Shown here: positions 23,101-38,800 of the stretch, piece by piece
Numbering within the stretch: position 1 is the stretch's first letter
Layout of the letters: each line of letters opens with the position of its first letter
Assembly (NCBI GenBank): GCA_951406725.2
Contig: OX597831.1
Location: forward strand, 6,386,001 to 6,450,000
From: Octopus vulgaris
Taxonomy: Eukaryota
Reading direction: 5' to 3'
Length of the DNA stretch: 64,000 nt
The notes under the pieces: generated by a model
What the model saw: the letters and a program-made list of their open reading frames with translations, nothing else
The model's database searches: none
What the model was told of the DNA's origin: nothing
Made by a program: the position numbers and the translations under genes

Positions 23101-26100
23101 CTCTGGAATGTTTAACATTCTTTCCTCCCCTTCCTCCCATTCAACTCTCAAATCCCCCATCTGGAATGTTTAGCATTCTTTCCTCCCCTTCCTCCCCTTC
23201 AACTCTCAGATCACCCTCTCTGGAATATTTAACATTCTTTCCTCCCCTTCCTCCCCTTCAACTCTCATATACCACTCTCTGGAATGTTTAACATTATTTC
23301 CTCCCCTTCAACTCTCAAATCCCCTTCTCTGGAATATTTAGCATTCCTTCCTCCCCTTCCTCCCCTTCAACTCTCAAATCCCCCTCTCTGGAATGTTTAA
23401 CATTCTTTCCTCCCCATTCCTCCCCTTCAACTCTCAAATCACCCTCTCTGGAATGTTTAACATTCTTTCCTCCCCTTCCTCCCCTTCAACTCTCATATCC
23501 CACTCTCTGGAATGTTTAACATTCTTTCCTCCCCTTCCTCCCCTTCAACTCTCAATTCCCCCTCTCTGGAATGTTTAACATTCTTTCCTAACCATTCTCC
23601 CCTTCAACTATCAAATCCCCCTCTCTGGAATGTTTAACATTCTTTCCTCCCCTTCCTCCCCTTCAACTCTCAAATCCCCCTATCTGGAATGTTTAACATT
23701 CTTTCCTCCCCTTCCTCCCCTTCAACTCTCAATTCCCCCTCTCTGGAATGTTTAACATTCTTTCCTCCCCTTCCTCCCCTTCAACTCTCTAATCCCCTTC
23801 TCTGGAAGTTTTAGAAATGTTTAACATTCGTTCCTCCCCTTCCTCCCCTTCAACTCTCAAATCCCCCTCTCTGGAATGTTTAACATTCTTTCCTCCCCTT
23901 CCTCCCCTTCAACTCTCAAATCCCCCTCTCTGGAATGTTTAACATTCTTTCCACCCCTTCTTCCCGTTCAACTTTCAGATCCCCCTCTCTGTAATGTTTA
24001 ATATTCTTTCCTCCCCTTCCCCCCATCAACTCTCAGATCCCCCTCTCTGGAATGTTTAACATTCTTTCCTCCCCTTCCTCCCATTCAACTCTCAAATCCC
24101 CCATCTGGAATGTTTAGCATTCTTTCCTCCCCTTCCTCCCCTTCAACTCTCAGATCACCCTCTCTGGAATATTTAACATTCTTTCCTCCCCTTCCTCCCC
24201 TTCAACTCTCATATCCCACTCTCTGGAATGTTTAACATTATTTCCTCCCCTTCAACTCTCAAATCCCCTTCTCTGGAATATTTAGCATTCCTTCCTCCCC
24301 TTCCTCCCCTTCAACACTCAAATCCCCCTCTCTGGAATGTTTAGCATTCTTTCCTCCCCTTCCTCACCTTCAACTCTCAGATCCCCCTCTCTGGAATGTT
24401 TAACATTCTTTCCTCCCCTTCCTCCTCTTCAACTCTCAGATCCCTCTCTCTGGAATGTTTAACATTCTTTCCTCCCCTTCCTCCCCTTCGACTCTCAAAT
24501 CCCCCTCTCTGGAATGTTTAGCAATCCTTCCTCCCCTTCAAGTCTCAGATCCCCCTCTCTGGAATGTTTAACATTCTTTCCTCCCCTTCCTCCGCTTCAA
24601 CTTTAAAATCCCCCTCTCTGGAATGTCTAACATTCTTTCCTCCCCTTTCTCCCCTTCTACTCTCAAATCCCCCTCTCTGGAATGTTTAGCAATCCTTCCT
24701 CCCCTTCAAGTCTCAGATCCCCTCTCTGGAATGTTTAACATTCTTTCCTCCCCTTCCTCCCCTTCAACTTTCAAATCCCCCTCTCTGGAATGTCTAGCAT
24801 TCTTTCCTCCCCTTCCTCCCCTTCAACTCTCAGATCCCCCTCTCTGGAATGTTTAACATTCTTTCCTCCCTTCCTTCCCTTCAACTCTCAGATACCCCTC
24901 TCTGGAATGTTTAACATTATTTCCTCCCCTCCTCCCCTTCAACTCTCAAATCCCCTTCTCTTGAATATTTAGCATTCCTTCCTCCCCTTCCTCCCCTTCA
25001 ACTTTCAAATCCCCCTCTCTGGAATGTCTAACATTCTTTCCTCCCCTTCCTCCCCTTCAACTCTCAAATCCCCCTCTCTGGAATGTTTAACATTCTTTCC
25101 TCCCCTTCCTCCCCTTCAACTCTCAAATCCCCCTCTCTGGAATGTTTAGCATTCTTTCCTCCCCTTCCTCCCCTTCAACTCTCAAATCCCTAAATGGAAT
25201 GTTTAACATTCTTTCCTCCCTTCCTCCCCTCTCTGGAATGTTTAACATTCTTTCCTCCCTTCCTTCCCTTCAACTCTCAGATACCCCTCTCTGGAATGTT
25301 TAACATTATTTCCTCCCCTTCAACTCTCAAATCCCCTTCTCTTGAATATTTAGCATTCCTTCCTCCCCTTCCTCCCCTTCAACTCTCAAATCCCCCTCTC
25401 TGGAATGTTTAACATTCTTTCCTCCCCTTCCTCCCCTTCAACTCTCAAATCCCCCTCTCTGGAATGTTTAACATTCTTTCCTCCCCTTCCTCCCCTTCAA
25501 CACTCAAATCCCCCTCTCTGGAATGTTTTGCATTCTTTCCTCCCCTTCCTCACCTTCAACTCTCAGATCCCCCTCTCTGGAATGTTTAACATTCTTTCCT
25601 CCCCTTCCTCCCCTTCAACTCTCAGATACCCCTCTCTGGAATGTTTAACATTCTTTCCTCCCCTTCCTCCCCTTCGACTCTCAAATCCCCCTCTCTGGAC
25701 TGTTTAGCATTCTTTCCACCCCTTCCTCCCCTTCAAGTCTCAGATCCCCCTCTCTGGAATGTTTAACATTCTTTCCTCCCCTTCCTCCCCTTCAACTTTC
25801 AAATCCCCCTCTCTGGAATGTTTAACATTCTTTCCTCCCCTTCCTCCCCTTCAACTCTCAAATCCCCCTCTCTGGAATGTTTAACATTCTTTCCTCCCCT
25901 TCCTCCCCTTCAACTTTCAAATCCCCCTCTCTGGAATGTTTAACATTCTTTCCTCCCTTCCTTCCCTTCAACTCTCAGATACCCCTCTCTGGAATGTTTA
26001 ACATTATTTCCTCCCCTTCAACTCTCAAATCCCCTTCTCTTGAATATTTAGCATTCCTTCCTCCCCTTCCTCCCCTTCAACTCTCAAATCCCCCTCTCTG

Positions 26101-26127
26101 GAATGTTTAACATACTTTCCTCCCCTT
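14101..26127. repeat. Satellite B: 59-bp unit, about 200 copies, C-rich plus strand
   Basis: Consensus CTCTCTGGAATGTTTAACATTCTTTCCTCCCCTTCCTCCCCTTCAACTCTCAAATCCCC, with the internal palindrome GAATGTT-T-AACATTC. Confidence 0.97.
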
Positions 26128-26453
26128 TAAACTTGATCAAACAGTTCAAACCGGTTCAAACCGGGTCATACCAGTTCAAATTGGTTCAAACTAGTTCAAA
26201 CCGGTTCAAACCGGTTCAAACCGAATCAAACCGGTTCAAACACTTTCATCAAACATTTTCATCAAACGTTTATCATAAAACATTTATCAAGAAACATTTT
26301 CATCAAACATTTTCTTAAAACATTTTCATCAGACATTTTGATCCGGTTTGAACCGGTTTTATTCGTTTTGTACCGGTTTGGTCTGGTTTGAACCGTATCA
26401 AACCAGTTCAAACTGGTTCAAACTGGTTCAAACCGGCTCAAACTGGTTTAAAA
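26128..26453. repeat. Core between the inverted B arms: 10-bp (TTCAAACCGG)n in both orientations around a 13-bp (AAACATTTTCATC)n tract
   Basis: Forward 10-mers at about 26135-26240, 13-mers at about 26238-26340, inverted 10-mers at about 26341-26395, and forward 10-mers at about 26397-26450. Confidence 0.9.
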
Positions 26454-26806
26454 CGGGAGGAAGGGGGCGTAAGGGGAGGAAGGAATGTTGAACATTCCAG
26501 AGAGGGGGATTTGACGGGAGAAGTGGAGGAAGGGGTGGAAGGAATGTTGAACATTCCAGAGATGGGGATTTGAGGGGTGAATGGGAGGTAGGAATGTTGA
26601 ACATTCCAGAGAGGGGGATTTCAGGGGTGAAGGGGAGGAGGGAATATTGAACATTCCAGAGAGGTGGATTTGAGAGATGAAGAGGAGGAAGGGGAGGAAG
26701 GAATATGGAACATTCAAGAGAGGGGGATTTGAAGGTAAAGGGGAGGAATGGGAACAAGGAATATTTTACATTCCAGAGAGGGGTATTTGAAAGTAAAGGG
26801 GAGGAA
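26454..26806 (-). repeat. Inverted, diverged satellite B arm (about 6 units)
   Basis: GGAATGTTGAACATTCCAGAGAGGGGGATTTGA is the reverse complement of the B unit. Confidence 0.93.
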
Positions 26807-27095
26807 ATAAATAAATAAATAAATAAATAAAAAAATAGAATATATAAATAGAATCTATAAATAGAATCTATAAATAGAATCTATAAATAGAATCTATAAA
26901 TAGAATCCATAAATAAATAAACAAATAAATAAATAAATAGTATCTATAAATCGAATCTATAAATAGAATCTATAAATAGAATCTATAAATAGAATCTATA
27001 AATAAATCTATAAATAGAATCCATAAATAAATAAATAAATAAATAAATAGAATCTATAAATAGAATCTATAAATAGAATCTATAAATAGAATCTA

Positions 27096-27130
<35 letters not shown>

Positions 27131-30100
27131 ATAGAATCTATAAATCGAATCTATAAATAGAATCTATAAATAGAATCTATAAATAGAATCTATAAATAGA
27201 ATCTATAAATAGAATCTATAGATATAATCTATAAATAAATAAATAAATAAATAAATAGAATCTATAAATAGAATCTATAAATAGAATCTATAAATAAATA
27301 ATTAAATAAATAAATAAATAAAAAAATAGAATCTATAAATAGAATATATAAATAGAATCTATAAATAGAATCTATAAATAGAATCTATAAATAAATAAAT
27401 AAATAAATAAAAAAATAAATAGTATCTATCAATAGAATCTATAAATAGAATCTATAAATAAAATCTATAAATAGAATCTATAAATAGAATCTATAAATAG
27501 AATCTATAAATAGAATCTATAAATAGAATCTATAAATAGAATCTATAAATAGAATCTATAAATAGAATCTATAAATAGAATAAATAAATAAATAAATAAA
27601 AAAATAGTATCTATAAATAGAATCTATAAATAGAATCTATTAATAGAATCTTTAAATAACTAAACAAATAAATAAATAAATAGTATCTATAAATAGAATC
27701 TATAAATAGAATCTATAAATAGAATCTATAAATAGAATCTATAAATAGTATCTATAAATAGAATCTATAAATAGAATCTATAAATAGAATCTATAAATAG
27801 AAACCATAAATAAATAAACAAATAAATAAATAAATAGTATCTATAAATAGAATCTATAAATAGAATCTATAAATAGTATCTATACATAGAATCTATAAAT
27901 AGAATCTATAAATAAATAAACAAATAAATAAATAAAAAGTATCTATAAATAGAATCTATAAATAGAATCTATAAATAAATAAACAAATAAATAAATAAAT
28001 AGTATCTATAAATAGAATCTATAAATAGAATCTATAAATAAATAAACAAATAAATAAATAAATAGTATCTATAAATAGAATCTATAAATAGAATCTTTAA
28101 GTAACTAAACAAATAAATAAATAAATAGTATCTATAAATATAATCTATAAATAGAATCTATAAATAGAATCTGTAAATAGAATCTATAAATAGAATCTAT
28201 AAATAGAATCTATAAATAGAATCTATAAATAGAATCCATAAATAAATAAACAAACAAATAAATAAATAGTATCTATAAATAGTATCTATAAATAGAATCT
28301 ATAAATAGAATCTATAAATAAATAAACAAATAAATAAATAAATAGTATCTATAAATAGAATCTATAAATAGATTCTATAAATAAATAAACAAATAAATAA
28401 ATAAATAGTATCTATAAATAGAATCTATAAATAGAATCTATAAATAGAATCTATAAATAGAATCTATAAATAGAATGTATAAATAGAATCTATAAATAGA
28501 ATCTATAAATAGAATCTATAAATAAATAAACAAATAAATAAATAAATAGTATTTATAAATAGAATCTATAAATAGAATCTATAAATAGAATCTATAAATA
28601 GAATCTATAAATAGAATCTATAAATAGAATGTATAAATAGAATCTATAAATAGAATCTATAAATAGAATCTATAAATAAATAAACAAATAAATAAATAAA
28701 TAATATCTATAAATAGAATCTATAAATAGAATCTATAAATAAATAAACAAATAAATAAATAAATAGTATCTATAAATAGAATCTATAAATAGAATCTATA
28801 AATAGAATCTATAAATAGAATATATAAATAGAATCTATAAATAGAATCCATAAATAAATAAACAAATAAATAAATAAATAGTATCTATAAATAGAATCTA
28901 TAAATAGAATCTATAAATAGAATCTATAAATAGAATCTATAAATAGAATCCATAAATAAATAAACAAATAAATAAATAAATAGTATCTATAAATAGAATC
29001 TATAAATAGAATCTATAAATAGAATCTATAAATAGAATCCATAAATAAATAAACAAATAAATAAATAAATAGTATCTATAAATAGAATCTATAAATAGAA
29101 TCTATAAATAGAATCCATAAATAGAATCTATAAATAGAATATATAAATAGAATCTATAAATAGAATCTATAAATAGAATCTATAAATAGAATCTATAAAT
29201 AGAATCTATAAATAGTATCTATAAATAGAATCTATAAATAGAATCTATAAATAGAATCTATAAATAGAATCTATGAATAGAATCTATAAATAGAATCTAT
29301 AAATAAATGAACAAATAAATAAATAAATAGTATCTATAAATAGAATCTATAAATAGAATCTATAAATAGAATCTATAAATAGAATCTATAAATAGAATCT
29401 ATAAATAGAATCTATAAATAGAATCCATAAATAAATAAACAAATAAATAAATAAATAGTATCTATAAATAGAATCTATCAATAGAATCTATAAATAGAAT
29501 CTATAAATAGAATCTATAAATAGAATCTATAAATAGAATCTATAAATAGAATCCATAAATAAATAAATAAATAAATAAATAAATATTATATCTATAAATA
29601 GAATCTATAAATAGAATCTATAAATAGAATCTATAAATAGTATCTATAAATAGAATCTATAAATAGAATCTATAAATAAATAAACAAATAAATAAATAAA
29701 TAGTATCTATAAATAGAATCTATAAATAGAATCTATAAATAAATAAACAAATAAATAAATAAATAGTATATATAAATAGAATCTATAAATAGAATCTATA
29801 AATAGAATCTATAAATAGAATGTATAAATAGAATCTATAAATAGAATCTATAAATAGAATCTATAAATAAATAAACAAATAAATAAATAAATAGTATCTA
29901 TAAATAGAATCTATAAATAGAATCTATAAATAAATAAACAAATAAATAAATAAATAGTATCTATAAATAGAATCTATAAATAGAATCTATAAATAAATAA
30001 ACAAATAAATAAATAAATAGTATCTATAAATAGAATCTATATATAGAATCTATAAATAGAATCTATAAATAGAAGATATAAATAGAATCTATAAATAGAT

Positions 30101-30795
30101 TCCATAAATAAATAAACAAATAAATAAATAAATAGTATCTATAAATAGAATCTATAAATAGAATCTATAAATAGAATCTATAAATAGAATCCATAAATAA
30201 ATAAACAAATAAATAAATAAATAGAATCTATAAATAGAATCTATAAATAGAATCTATAAATAGAATCCATAAATAAATAAACAAATAAATAAATAAATAG
30301 TATCTATAAATAGAATCTATAAATAGTATCTATAAATACAATCTATAAATAGAATCCATAAATAGAATCTATACATAGAATATATAAATAGAATCTATAA
30401 ATAGAATCTATAAATAGAATCTATAAATAGAATCTATAAATAGAATCTATAAATAGTATCTATAAATAGAATCTATAAATAGAATCTATAAATAGAATCT
30501 ATAAATAGAATCTATAATAGAATCTATAAATAGAATCTATAAATAAATAAACAAATAAATAAATAAATAGTATCTATAAATAGAATCTATAAATAGAATC
30601 TATAAATAGAATCTATAAATAGAATCTATAAATAGAATCTATAAATAGAATCTATAAATAGAATCTATAAATAGAATCCATAAATAAATAAACAAATAAA
30701 TAAATAAATAGTATCTATAAATAGAATCTATAAATAGAATCTATAAATAGAATCTATAAATAGAATCTATAAATAGAATCTATAAATAGAATCCA

Positions 30796-30826
<31 letters not shown>

Positions 30827-32845
30827 ATATTATATCTATAAATAGAATCTATAAATAGAATTTATAAATAGAATCTATAAATAGAATCTATAAATAGTAT
30901 CTATAAATAGAATCTATAAATAGAATCTATAAATAAATAAACAAATAAATAAATAAATAGTATCTATAAATAGAATCTGTAAATAAATAAATAAATAAAT
31001 AAATAAATAGTATCTATAAATAGAATCTATAAATAGAATCTATAAATAAATAAACAAATAAATAAATAAATAGTATCTATAAATAGAATCTATAAATAGA
31101 ATCTATAAATAAATAAACAAATAAATAAATAAATAGTATCTATAAATAGAATCTATAAATAGAATCTATAAATAGAATCTATAAATAGAATCTATAAATA
31201 GAATCTATAAATAGAATCCATAAATAAATAAACAAATAAATAAATAAATAGTATCTATAAAGAGAATCTATAAATAGAATCTATAAATAGAATCTATAAA
31301 TAGAATCTATAAATAGAATCCATAAATAAATAAACAAATAAATAAATAAATAGTATCTATAAATAGAATCTATAAATAGAATCTATAAATAGAATCTATA
31401 AATAGAATCCATAAATAAATAAACAAATAAATAAATAAATAGTATCTATGAATAGAATCTATAAATAGAATCTATAAATAGAATCTATAAATAGAATCCA
31501 TAAATAAATAAACAAATAAATAAATAAATAGTATCTATAAATAGAATCTATAAATAGAATCTATAAATAGAATCTATAAATAGAATCTATAAATAGAATC
31601 TATAAATAGAATCTATAAATAGAATCTATAAATAGAATCTATAAATAGAATCTATAAATAGAATCTATAAATAGAATCTATAAATAGTATCTATAAATAG
31701 AATCTATAAATAGAATCTATAAATAGAATCTATAAATAGAATCTATAAATAGAATCTATAAATAAATAAACAAATAAATAAATAAATAGTAACTATAAAT
31801 AGAATCTATAAATAGAATCTATAAATAGAATCTATAAATAGAATCTATAAATAGAATCCATAAATAAATAAACAAATAAATAAATAAATAGTATCTATAA
31901 ATAGAATCTATAAATAGAATCTATAAATAGAATCTATAAATAGAATCTATAAATAGAATCTATTAAGAGAATCTATAAATAGAATCTATAAATAGAATCC
32001 ATAAATAAATAAATAAATAAATATTATATCTATAAATAGAATCTATAAATAGAATCTATAAATAGAATCTATAAACAGAATCTATAAATAGAATCTATAA
32101 ATAGTATCTATAAATAGAATCTATAAATAGAATCCATAAATAGAATCTATAAATAGAATATATAAATAGAATCTATAAATAGAATCTATAAATAGAATCT
32201 ATAAATAGAATCTATAAAGAGAATCTATAAATAGTATCTATAAATAGAATCTATAAATAGAATCTATAAATAGAATCTATAAATAGAATCTATAAATAGA
32301 ATCTATAAATAAATAAACAAATAAATAAATAAATAGTATCTATAAATAGAATCTATAAATAGATTCTATAAATAGAATCTATAAATAGAATCTATAAATA
32401 GAATCTATAAATAGAATCCATAAATAAATAAACAAATAAATAAATAAATAGTATCTATAAATAGAATCTATAAATAGAATCTATAAACAGAATCTATAAA
32501 TAGAATCTATAAATAGAATCTATAAATAGAATCTATAAATAGAATCCATAAATAAATAAACAAATAAATAAATAAATACTATCTATAAATAGAATCTATG
32601 AATAGAATCTATAAATAGAATCTATAAATAGAATCTATAAGTAGAATCTATAAATAGAATCTATAAATAGAATCCATAAATAAATAAATAAATAAATAAA
32701 TAAATATTATATCTATAATTAGAATATATAAATAGAATCTATAAATAGAATCTATAAAGAGAATCTATAAATAGAATCCATAAATAAATAAACAAATAAA
32801 TAAATAAATAGTATCTATAAATAGAATCTATAAATAGAATCTATT
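26807..32845. repeat. Satellite C: 13-bp (ATAGAATCTATAA)n punctuated by (AAAT)n blocks
   Basis: Direct reading. The unit contains the palindrome ATAGA-A-TCTAT. Confidence 0.97.
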
Positions 32846-35800
32846 AATATGCAAATTATATATATATATATATATGCAAATTATATATATATATATATGC
32901 AAATTATATATATATATATATGCAAATTATATATATATATATATATATATGCAAATTATATATATATATGCAAACTATATATATATATATATGCCAATTA
33001 TATATATATATATATGCAAATTATATATATATATATACAAATTGTATATATATATTATGTATATAAATTATGTATATATATACAAATTATGTATATATAC
33101 AAATTATATATATATGCAAATTATATATATATGTATGCAAATCATATATATATATGCAAATTATATATATATGTATGCAAATTATATATATATATGCAAT
33201 TTATATATATGTATGCAAATTATATATATGTATGCAAATTATGTATATATATATGTAAATTATGTATATATATATGCAAATTATGTATATATATATGCAA
33301 ATTATGTATATATATATGCAAATTATGTATATATTTATGCAAAATAAGAATATATATATGCAAATTATGTATATATATATGCAAATTATGTATATATATA
33401 TGCAAATTATGTATATATATATGCAAATTATATATATGTATGCAAATTATATATATATATATGCAAATTATATATATATATGCAAATTATATATATATAT
33501 ATGCAAATTATGTATATATATATATGCAAATTATGTAAATATATATGCAAATTATGTTTATATATATGCAAATTATATATATATGCAAATTATGTATATA
33601 TATATGCAAATTATATATATATGTATGCAAATTATATATATATGCAAATTATATATATATGTATGCAAATTATATATATATGCAAATTATATATATATAT
33701 GCAAATTATATATATATGCAAATTATATATATATATATGCAAATTATATATATATATATGCAAATTATATATATATATATGCAAATTATATATATATATA
33801 TATGCAAATTATATATATATATGCAAATTATATATATATATGCAAATTATGTATATATATGCAAATTATGTATATATATATGCAAATTATGTATATATAT
33901 GTAGGCAAATTATATATATATGCAAATTATGTATATATATGCAAATTATATATATATGTATGCAAATTATATATATATGCAAATTATATATATATATGCA
34001 AATTATATATATATGCAAATTATATATATATATGCAAATTATATATATATATATGCAAATTATATATATATATTTGCAAATTATATATATATATATGCAA
34101 ATTTTATATATATATATGCAAATTATATATATATATATGAAATTATGTATATATATATGCAAATTATGTATATATATATATGCAAATTATGTATATATAT
34201 ATGCAAATTATATATATATACATGCAAATTATATATATATGTATGCAAATTATGTATATATATATGCAAATTATATATATGCAAATTATGTATATATATA
34301 TATGCAAATTTTATATATGTATGCAAATTATATATATATGCAAATTATATATATATATATATGCAAATTATATATATTTGCAAATTATATATATATGTAT
34401 GCAAATTATGTATATATGCAAATTATATATATATATATGCAAATTATATATATATGCAAATTATATATATATGCAAATTATATATATATATGCAAATTAT
34501 ATATATATATATGCAGATATATATATATTTATATAAGTTATATATATGCAAATTATATATATATATTTGCAAATTTTATATATATATATGTAAATTATAT
34601 ATATATATATGCAAATTATGTATATATATGCAAATTATGTATACATATATGCAAATTATCTATATATATATGCAAATTATGAATATATATATATGCAAAT
34701 TATGTATATATATTTATCCAAATTATATATATGTATGCAAATTATATATATATATAGATGCAAATTATATATATATATGCAAATTATATATATATGTTTG
34801 CAAGTTATATATATATATATATGCAAATTATATATATATGTATGCAAATTATATATATATATATGCAAATTATATATATATATGTATGCAAATTATATAT
34901 ATATGCAAATTATATATATATGTATGCAAATTATATATATATTTATGCAAATTATATATATATGCAAATTATATATATATGCAAATTATATATATATGCC
35001 AATTGTATATATATATATATGCAAATTATATATATATATGCAAACTATATATATATATATATATAAATTATATATATATATACAAATTGTATATTTATAT
35101 ATATACAAATTGTATGTATATATTATGTATATATATTATGTATATATATATACAAATTATGTATATATATATACAAATTATGTATATAGATATACAAATT
35201 ATATATATATATCTGCAAATTATGTATATATATATGCAAATTATGTATACATATATGCAAATTATGTATATATATATATGCAATTATACGTATATATATA
35301 TGTAAATTATGTATATATATATGCAAATTATGTATATATATATGCAAATTATGTATATATATATGCAAAATATGTATATATATACATGCAAATTAAGTAT
35401 ATATATATGCAAATTATATATATGCAAATTATGTACATATATATGCAAATTATATATATGTATGCAAATTATATATATATATGCAAATTATATATATATA
35501 TATGCAAATTATATATATGTATGCAAATTATATATATATATATGCAAATTATATATATGTATGCAAATTATATATATATGCAAATTATATATATATGTAT
35601 GCAAATTATATATATATGCAAATTATATATATATATGCAAATTATATATATATGCAAATTATATATATATATATGCAAATTATATATTTATATATATGCA
35701 AACTATATATATATATATATGCAAATTTTACATATATATAGGCAAATTATAAATATATATATGCAAATTATTTATATATATGCAAATTATGTATATTTAT

Positions 35801-38800
35801 ATGCAAATTATGTTTATATATATGCAAATTAGTTATATATATATATATGCAAATTATGTATATATATATGTAAATTACGTATATATATATATGCAAATTA
35901 TATATATGTATGCAAATTATATATATATATACATGCAAATTATATATATGTATGCAAATTATATATATATATGCAAATTATATATATATATATATGCAAA
36001 TTATATATATATATGCAAATTATATATATATATATGCAAATTATATATATATATATATGCAAATTATATATATATATATATGCAAATTATATATATATGT
36101 ATGAATATTATATATATATGAAAATTATATATATATGTATGCAAATTATATATATATGCAAATTATATATATATATACAAATTATATATATATATATATG
36201 CAAATTATATATATATATGCAAATTATATATATATATATATTTCAAAAATATATATATGTATATATATATGTAAATTATATATATATGCAAACTATATAT
36301 ATATATATGCAAATTATATTTATATATATATATATTGCAAATTATATATATATATACAAATTGTATATATATATATATACAAATTGTATATATATATATA
36401 TACAAATTGTATATATATATCATGTATATAAATTATGTATATATATGCAGATTATGTATATATATATACAGATTGTGTATATTTATATATAAATTATGTA
36501 TATATATATCCAAATTATGTATATATATATGCAAATTTTGTATATATATATGCAAATTATGTATATATATATGCAAATTATGTATATATACATATGCAAA
36601 TTATGTATATATATATATGCAAATTATGTATATATATATATATGCAAATTACGTATATATATATGCAAATTATATATATATATATGCAAATTATGTATAT
36701 ATATATGCAAATTATATATATGTATGCAAATTATATATATATATATGCAAATTATATATATGTATGCAAATTATATGTATATATGCAAATTATGTATATA
36801 TATATGCAAATTATGTAAATATATATGCAAATTATGTTTATATATATGCAAATTATATATATGCAAATTATGTATATATACATGCAAATTTTATATATGT
36901 AGGCAAATTATATATATATGCAAATTATATATATATATGCAAATTATATATATATGTATGCAAATTATATATATATGCAAATTATATATATATATGTATG
37001 CAAATTATATATATATGCAAATTATATATATATATATGCAAATTATATATATATACAAATTATATAAACATATATATGCAAATTATATATGTATATATGC
37101 AAATTAAATTTTTTTATATTTGCAAATTATATATATATATATGAAAATTTTATGGATATATGCAAATTATATATATATATATATGCAAATTATGCATATA
37201 TATATATATAGCAAATTATGTATATATATATATGCAAATTATGTATATATATATATGCAAATTATATATATTGCAAATTATGTATATATATATGCAAATT
37301 TTATATATGTATGCAAATTATATATATATGCAAATTATGTATATATATATGCAAATTATATATATATGCAAATTATATATATATATGCAAATTATATATA
37401 GATATATGCAAATTAAATTTTTTTATATTTGCAAATTATATATATATATATGCAAATTTTATATATATATATGCAAATTATATATATATATATGAAATTA
37501 TGTATATATATATGCAAATTATGTATATATATATATGCAAATTATGTATATATATATGCAAATTATATATATATACATGCAAATTATATATATATGTATG
37601 CAAATTATGTATATATATATGCAAATTATATATATGCAAATTATGTATATATATATATATGCAAATTAGATATATATGCAAATTATTTATATATATGCAA
37701 ATTATATATATTTGCAAATTATATATATATGTATGCAAATTATATATATATGCAAATTATATATATATATATGCCAATTATATATATACGCAAATTATAT
37801 ATATATCAATTATATATATATATATGCAAATTATATATATATATATTTAAATTAAATTTTTATATTTGCAAATTATATATATATATTAAATTTATATATA
37901 TATGCATATTATTATATATATATATTATAAATTATATATATATATAAATTATATATATATATATTGCAAATTTATATATATATATGCAAATATTATATAT
38001 ATATATATGCAAATTATGTATATATATATGCAAATTATGTATATATATATATATGCAAATTATCTATATATATATGCAAATTATGAATATATATATATGC
38101 AAATTATGTATATATATATGCAAATTATATATATATGTATGCAAATTATATATATATATATGCAAATTTTATATATGTATGCAAATTATATATATATGCA
38201 AATTATATATATATATGCAAATTATATATATATATGCAAATTATATATATATAAATTATATATATATATATATGCAAATTATATATATATATGCAAATTA
38301 TATATATATATATGCAAATTATATATATATATGCAAATATATATATATATATATATGCAAATTATATATATATATGCAAATTATATATATATATATATAT
38401 GCAAATTATATATTATGTATATATATATACAAATTATGTATATATATATATGCAAATTATGTATATATATATGCAAATTATATATATATATGCAAATTAT
38501 GTATATATATATGCAAATTATGTATATATATATGCAAATTATGTATATATATATGCAAATTATGTATATATATATGCAAATTATATATATATATGCAAAT
38601 TATGTATATATATATGCAAATTATATATATATATGCAAATTATATATATATGCAAATTATATATATATATGCAAATTATATATATGTATGCAAATTATAT
38701 ATATATATATGCAAATTATATATATGTATGCAAATTATATATATATGCAAATTATATATATATATGCAAATTATATATATATGCAAATTATATATATATA

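Noticed and set aside
14101-26806. CRISPR-like array (palindromic repeat with regular spacing) and Pro/Ser-rich ORFs
   Set aside because: The intervening sequences are copies of each other rather than unique spacers, there are no cas genes, and the context is eukaryotic. The 59-bp unit is not a multiple of three.
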